Shown here piece after piece: positions 6,553-10,443 of a stretch of 10,443 bases of DNA. The stretch's first letter is position 1; each line of letters opens with the position of its first letter. The stretch spans positions 1 to 10,443 of the forward strand of contig JALTLO010000169.1 in the NCBI GenBank assembly GCA_027001995.1, in the 5' to 3' direction. The notes under the pieces are model-generated. The model was not told where the DNA came from, did no database searches, and saw only the letters and a list, made by a program, of their open reading frames with translations. Origin of the DNA: Planctomycetota bacterium (GTDB lineage Bacteria > Planctomycetota > GCA-002687715 > DRQF01). The translations under genes and the position numbers were made by a program.

Positions 6553-7707
6553 GTGACGGATCGTCTGTCTGAGATAAGGAAGCTTGAACAGCGCACCGTC
6601 ATCGGGCTCAATATTGGCACTTCCTTAGATGGGATTGATGCCGCTTTGCTTCGAGTCCGGGGTGCGGGATTAGAGACAGTCTTTGGCCTTGAGGCTTTTG
6701 AGATATTTCCTCTTCCTCAGCGTCTGAAAGACCAGCTCCTGCACCCAGAATTGTTGGGGGTCGAAGCCATCGCTGGTCTCAATCGTGATCTGGGGCAACT
6801 TCTCGCTGAGTCCTGTTCCCATTTGGCAAAGAGTGCTGGCTGTTCTCTCCACGATGTCCATATCGTGGGGAGCCATGGTGCCACTGTTTTTCATCAGCCT
6901 CCCAGGAGGGCAACTGATAGAGGGGTGACTCTTCAGCTCGGGGATGGGGCGATTATCGCCGAAGGAACCGGCGCTTTGGTGGTATCCAACTTTCGCGCTG
7001 CCGATATGGCAGCGGGGGGGCAAGGGGCCCCCTTGATGCCCTATCTGGATTATTTGCTCTTTCGTGACCAACCAGGAACGGTGCTATTGAATCTCGGTGG
7101 TATCGCTAACCTATGCTATGTAGCGGATGATCTGGAGGAGGTCTTAGCATTCGACACTGGCCCGGCGAATCTACCCCTCAATGAGATCACCCGCATCTTG
7201 ACCAAGGGGAGTGAACAATTTGATCGGGACGGTCGTTTGGCGGCTGTGGGCAGTATTGACAATCTCTTGTTGGATCATCTAATGGCAACACCTTTTCTCA
7301 CAACACCTCCCCCTAAGAGCACCGGGCGGGAGGAATTTGGCGAAACTTGGGTGAAAGAACTCTTAGAGAAGAACAAACACAAAAAGCTCGTGGATATCTT
7401 GGCAACCATGACGGCCTTTGTTGCTAAGTCTGTTCACGACGCCTGCCAAAAGTGGATCGAGCCACGGCTACTCAGGTGCCTGATCGTCAGTGGGGGAGGC
7501 GTGCACAATGCCACACTCATGCATCATCTGCGCAAGAATTTTGCGCCCATGGAAACGAAGAGTCTGATGGAATTAGGCTATAATCCTGACGCGAAGGAGT
7601 CGATTCTATTCGCTCTCTTGGCCAATGACCGTATCTTTGAGCGGCCGTCCAACTTGCCGTCAGCCACCGGCGCCCTTTGGCCCGTCAGTTTGGGGCAAAT
7701 CAATTGA
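6553..7707 (+). CDS. anmK: Anhydro-N-acetylmuramic acid kinase
   Basis: IGLNIGTSLDGIDAAL, GSHGATVFH, TLQLGDG, FRAADMAAGGQGAPL, LNLGGIAN, AFDTGPAN, PPKSTGREEFG, VSGGGVHN, KESILFALLA, LPSATGA. Start placed at GTG 6553, with GGAGGG Shine-Dalgarno at 6541-6546 (ORF track starts at 6532). Confidence 0.95.
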   Translation: MTDRLSEIRKLEQRTVIGLNIGTSLDGIDAALLRVRGAGLETVFGLEAFEIFPLPQRLKDQLLHPELLGVEAIAGLNRDLGQLLAESCSHLAKSAGCSLHDVHIVGSHGATVFHQPPRRATDRGVTLQLGDGAIIAEGTGALVVSNFRAADMAAGGQGAPLMPYLDYLLFRDQPGTVLLNLGGIANLCYVADDLEEVLAFDTGPANLPLNEITRILTKGSEQFDRDGRLAAVGSIDNLLLDHLMATPFLTTPPPKSTGREEFGETWVKELLEKNKHKKLVDILATMTAFVAKSVHDACQKWIEPRLLRCLIVSGGGVHNATLMHHLRKNFAPMETKSLMELGYNPDAKESILFALLANDRIFERPSNLPSATGALWPVSLGQIN

Positions 7708-7712
7708 ACATG

Positions 7713-7745
7713 AAAAAACGGCCTTCACAATTAAGTGAAGACCGT
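7713..7745 (-). terminator. Intrinsic terminator of the tRNA gene
   Basis: Minus strand reads ACGGTCTTCAC-TTAATT-GTGAAGGCCGT-TTTTT: an 11-bp stem (one G-U pair) followed by a U tract, 4 nt after the tRNA 3' end. Confidence 0.85.
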
Positions 7746-7749
7746 CGAG

Positions 7750-7821
7750 AGCCAAGGAAGGGAATTGAACCCTCAACCCCTGCTTTACGAAAGCAGTGCT
7801 CTACCATTGAGCCACCTTGGC
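7750..7821 (-). tRNA. tRNA-Thr (anticodon CGT), CCA not encoded
   Basis: Minus strand GCCAAGG TG GCTC AATGGTA GAGC A CTGCT TTCGTAA AGCAG GGGTT GAGGG TTCAATT CCCTT CCTTGGC T: complete cloverleaf, anticodon CGT, discriminator T. Confidence 0.97.
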
Positions 7822-7832
7822 ATTGGTGCCGC

Positions 7833-7860
7833 ATTATAAGAGCCCCCTACCGCCCCTCAA
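7833..7860 (-). promoter_or_regulatory. Sigma70 stable-RNA-type promoter of tRNA-Thr
   Basis: Minus strand TTGAGG (7860-7855), 16-nt spacer, TATAAT (7838-7833), then GC-rich discriminator GCGGCACC. An A/T tract at 7867-7872 lies where an UP element would be. Confidence 0.8.
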
Positions 7861-7876
7861 GGGCCCAAAAAAGAAC

Positions 7877-9403
7877 ATGAAAAGAAGCGGACAAAACCTA
7901 ATTCAGATTCTCCTCTGGTGCTTGGGGGTCTTCTTCTTGGCCCTGCCTTTCGTTCTCGAATGCCCCGAGAACCTGGATCCACGAGCTTTCCGGGCCATCG
8001 GGGTGACAGGTTTGATGGCGCTTCTGTGGGTTACGGAGCTATTACCTATCCCTGTGACCTCCATGCTCCCCATTATCTTGTTTCCGATGTTGGGAATCAT
8101 GACCTCTGATGCCGTGGCCGGGGCTTACGCTAACGACTTGACCTTCTTGTTCTTCGGCGGTTTCTTCATGGCCTTGGCTATCGAGAAATGGCAACTACAC
8201 CAGCGCATCGCCCTCAATCTCATCGTTCTTTTCGGCAGCAAACCATCTCAGACGATGTTGGGTATCATGGTCGCCGTCGCAACTTTGTCCATGTGGATCT
8301 CAAATACTGCCACGACCCTTATGATGTTGCCCATTTGTGTGGCTCTTTGCGATCAACTGACTGGCACCGGGGCAGATGAGAAAACGAAGGCTCGATTTAC
8401 TACGGCCCTCCTCTTATCTGTGGCTTACGCCGCCAATATCGGTGGTATGGGGACCCCCATCGGGACTGCCCCCAATGCCATCTTTCAGCGTGAATTCGAG
8501 GGGCTGGGCCAACCTTCATTTGCCCAATGGATGATCATCACAATTCCGATGGTTTTCCTTTTTGTGCTGGCTGTGTGGTTCGTTCTCAAAAGGCCGTTTC
8601 GCCCTTTGCAGGGAAAGATTCACTTTGGCGACCGAAGTCTTGTCAAGAAGAAGCTCCAATCCCTCGGTTCCCTGAGTAACCAAGAGAAGGGAGTTGCCTG
8701 GGTTTTCTTGGTTGTGGTTCTTCTTTGGGTGACACGAAGAGATTTTGTCTTAGGTTCCCTTGCGGTTCCTGGGTGGGTGACCGGATTAAGGACATGGGGG
8801 GTTAGCTGGCTTTCATCTGGGGCCAAAAGTGGGGTGGGCGATTCTGCGGCAGCCTTGGTGGGCGTTGTGCTGCTCTGTGTCTGGCGCCCCGGGCCCGAGA
8901 AAGTCCCCTTAGCTGACTGGAACACGGCCAGCAAGCTTCCATGGGGTATGCTCCTCCTTCTCGGGGGCGGTTTTGCTATTGCCAAATCATTCCAAGTTGG
9001 CGAAGCGACGGGCAATCTTTTGAGTCTCTCTGCTTGGATTGGCTCTTCCTTGGAGTCTTGGCAAGAATCCGGCGCGATTATTCTGGTGCCCTTGACCGCT
9101 GGCGTGATGTCTTTTCTGACGGAATTCGCTTCCAACACGGCAACTACGTCCGTCGTTGTTCCTATCGTCGCCCTTGTTGGCTCTGACGCTCTCGGTCGAC
9201 TTCTCGCTTTTGCCGCCACTTTGTCCGCCTCCTGTGCCTTCATGCTGCCGGTGGCGACACCCCCCAATGCGATTGTTTTCGCTTCAGGTAGAATCCCCAT
9301 TCGCTCGATGATTCGAGTCGGATTCCTCATCAACTTAGTCGGGATTCTACTCGTTTCCTTGACGGTTCTGGTCATTGCGGCGAAGGTCTTGCCAAAGCTC
9401 TAA
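7877..9403 (+). CDS. DASS/SLC13-family sodium-coupled anion (di/tricarboxylate or sulfate) symporter
   Basis: WVTELLPIPVTSMLP, LFFGGFFMALAIEKWQLHQRIAL, both SNT motifs (LSMWISNTAT, LTEFASNTAT), ANIGGMGTPIGTAPN, PWGMLLLLGGG, AFMLPVATPPNAIVF; many TM helices. Start moved to the ATG at 7877 because 7817 overlaps the tRNA. Confidence 0.93.
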   Translation: MKRSGQNLIQILLWCLGVFFLALPFVLECPENLDPRAFRAIGVTGLMALLWVTELLPIPVTSMLPIILFPMLGIMTSDAVAGAYANDLTFLFFGGFFMALAIEKWQLHQRIALNLIVLFGSKPSQTMLGIMVAVATLSMWISNTATTLMMLPICVALCDQLTGTGADEKTKARFTTALLLSVAYAANIGGMGTPIGTAPNAIFQREFEGLGQPSFAQWMIITIPMVFLFVLAVWFVLKRPFRPLQGKIHFGDRSLVKKKLQSLGSLSNQEKGVAWVFLVVVLLWVTRRDFVLGSLAVPGWVTGLRTWGVSWLSSGAKSGVGDSAAALVGVVLLCVWRPGPEKVPLADWNTASKLPWGMLLLLGGGFAIAKSFQVGEATGNLLSLSAWIGSSLESWQESGAIILVPLTAGVMSFLTEFASNTATTSVVVPIVALVGSDALGRLLAFAATLSASCAFMLPVATPPNAIVFASGRIPIRSMIRVGFLINLVGILLVSLTVLVIAAKVLPKL

Positions 9404-9405
9404 TC

Positions 9406-10443
9406 ATGGATCAAGAAAACTCAGACAACTTTCAGGGCCGGGGCAGCATGATGCGGGAGATCTTTCATGATCTCCATGATTCTGTGGTACAGCTTCGGGC
9501 ATTAGCTATGACATCTGCGGATGTTGTCGCTGGGGTCGAACTTTGGCGCAAAGCCTTGGATGCTGCCAAGCGTTTGAGTGAATTCGGCCCGAACGAATCA
9601 GACAACGCCTGCTTGGATCAATTGTCTTTGGGATTGGAGGAACTTGAATCTTCAGCCCGAGCATTCTTTCGGGATACGGACGCAGAAGAGAAGGAGATCG
9701 CAAGGCGGTGTGCTGTCCTTCGCGCTGTTTCCCGCTTGCTCTTGCGCATGACCCGAGAACTGGAAGAAAAGGAGCCTCGGGACGAAACGCCATTCTTGAT
9801 CCAAGAGCTGCGGGATATCGATCAAGCCCTCGATGGTGGGCCTTTGGATGAAATCGACGATGACAATGGGGAAGAAATCGTTAGGGACGAGAATGCCCTC
9901 ATCCGTCAAAGCCGAGAGGCAATTCGAGACTTAGAGAAAACTGTCTTGGAGGTGCAGGCTGAGCACCAGCTATCAGGGGCAAGAGAAATCGAATCTTGTG
10001 ACCCCGAAAATGCCTATCGCGTCTTTCGTTTGTCGAGATCATTGGCAACGACCGCCGGTGATCTTCTTTTGGGGAAAAAGTCAGAGAAGGACAATGGGCT
10101 GGAAGAAATCGCGGCGAACCTGGAGAAAGAGTCCGTCAGGCTTCGGGACCTATTTGTCCACTTCATGGAAACATCAACGGACGAATCCGGATTCGAAATC
10201 TCCTTTGAATGTTGCCGTTGGATTACTGGAGAGATGGATCAGGCAAGGGTGGCTTCCTATGAAGACCACAGCCAAGGTCATATCGACAAGTTAAGGCGAT
10301 TGGAAGCAGACGGACAAGTGTTCGCCAGGGGAATGCGCATTCTTGCGGGACGAATCGAATCTCTTTCGTCTCCGGAGAAAAGGGCCCACAATCGCAGTGT
10401 CGCCAAGAGAACTTCCAAGAAACTTAGCCGCATGGTCCGTTGG
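9406..10443 (+). CDS. Hypothetical alpha-helical protein, 3'-truncated (at least 346 aa)
   Basis: ATG at 9406, 2 nt after the transporter stop. My translation is open to the window end (MDQENSDNFQGRGSMMREIFHDLHDSVVQLRAL...KRTSKKLSRMVRW). Absent from the ORF track because it has no stop in the window. Confidence 0.85.
   Translation, partial: MDQENSDNFQGRGSMMREIFHDLHDSVVQLRALAMTSADVVAGVELWRKALDAAKRLSEFGPNESDNACLDQLSLGLEELESSARAFFRDTDAEEKEIARRCAVLRAVSRLLLRMTRELEEKEPRDETPFLIQELRDIDQALDGGPLDEIDDDNGEEIVRDENALIRQSREAIRDLEKTVLEVQAEHQLSGAREIESCDPENAYRVFRLSRSLATTAGDLLLGKKSEKDNGLEEIAANLEKESVRLRDLFVHFMETSTDESGFEISFECCRWITGEMDQARVASYEDHSQGHIDKLRRLEADGQVFARGMRILAGRIESLSSPEKRAHNRSVAKRTSKKLSRMVRW

Noticed and set aside
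7740..7770. tRNA 3' end as a prophage or island attachment site
   Set aside because: No integrase and no duplicated tRNA 3' fragment seen; anmK lies directly beyond the terminator.
7677..7880. 67-aa plus-strand ORF and the 7817 start for the transporter
   Set aside because: Both overlap the tRNA gene and its promoter; the peptide is just the translated antisense tRNA.
8620..9375. 251-aa minus-strand ORF
   Set aside because: Fully antisense to the well-supported DASS transporter; composition is typical of a shadow frame of a hydrophobic gene.
9506..10294. Short ORFs of 95, 85 and 98 aa
   Set aside because: All lie within the longer open frame starting at 9406.

Overview
Gene-dense bacterial chromosomal window with no mobile element, CRISPR array or long repeat. 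Left to right: (i) a 5'-truncated single-pass membrane protein (TPR-like helices, TM helix, helical region, PEGA-like segment, beta-propeller-like C-terminus), followed 6 nt later by a degenerate MglA-family small-GTPase-fold protein with a C-terminal membrane anchor; (ii) a 408-nt intergenic region with a sigma70-type promoter preceding an acidic hypothetical protein; (iii) a ~100-nt structured element between convergent genes; (iv) on the minus strand, an orphan sigma54-dependent response regulator (NtrC/NtrX type) translationally coupled to a lipoprotein; (v) anmK; (vi) a minus-strand tRNA-Thr(CGT) with its own promoter and terminator; (vii) a DASS/SLC13 transporter; (viii) a 3'-truncated helical hypothetical protein missing from the ORF track. 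The best candidate for an undescribed system is the tail-anchored MglA-like pseudo-GTPase paired with the TPR/beta-propeller membrane protein. All family assignments are by eye from recalled motifs; no searches were run.
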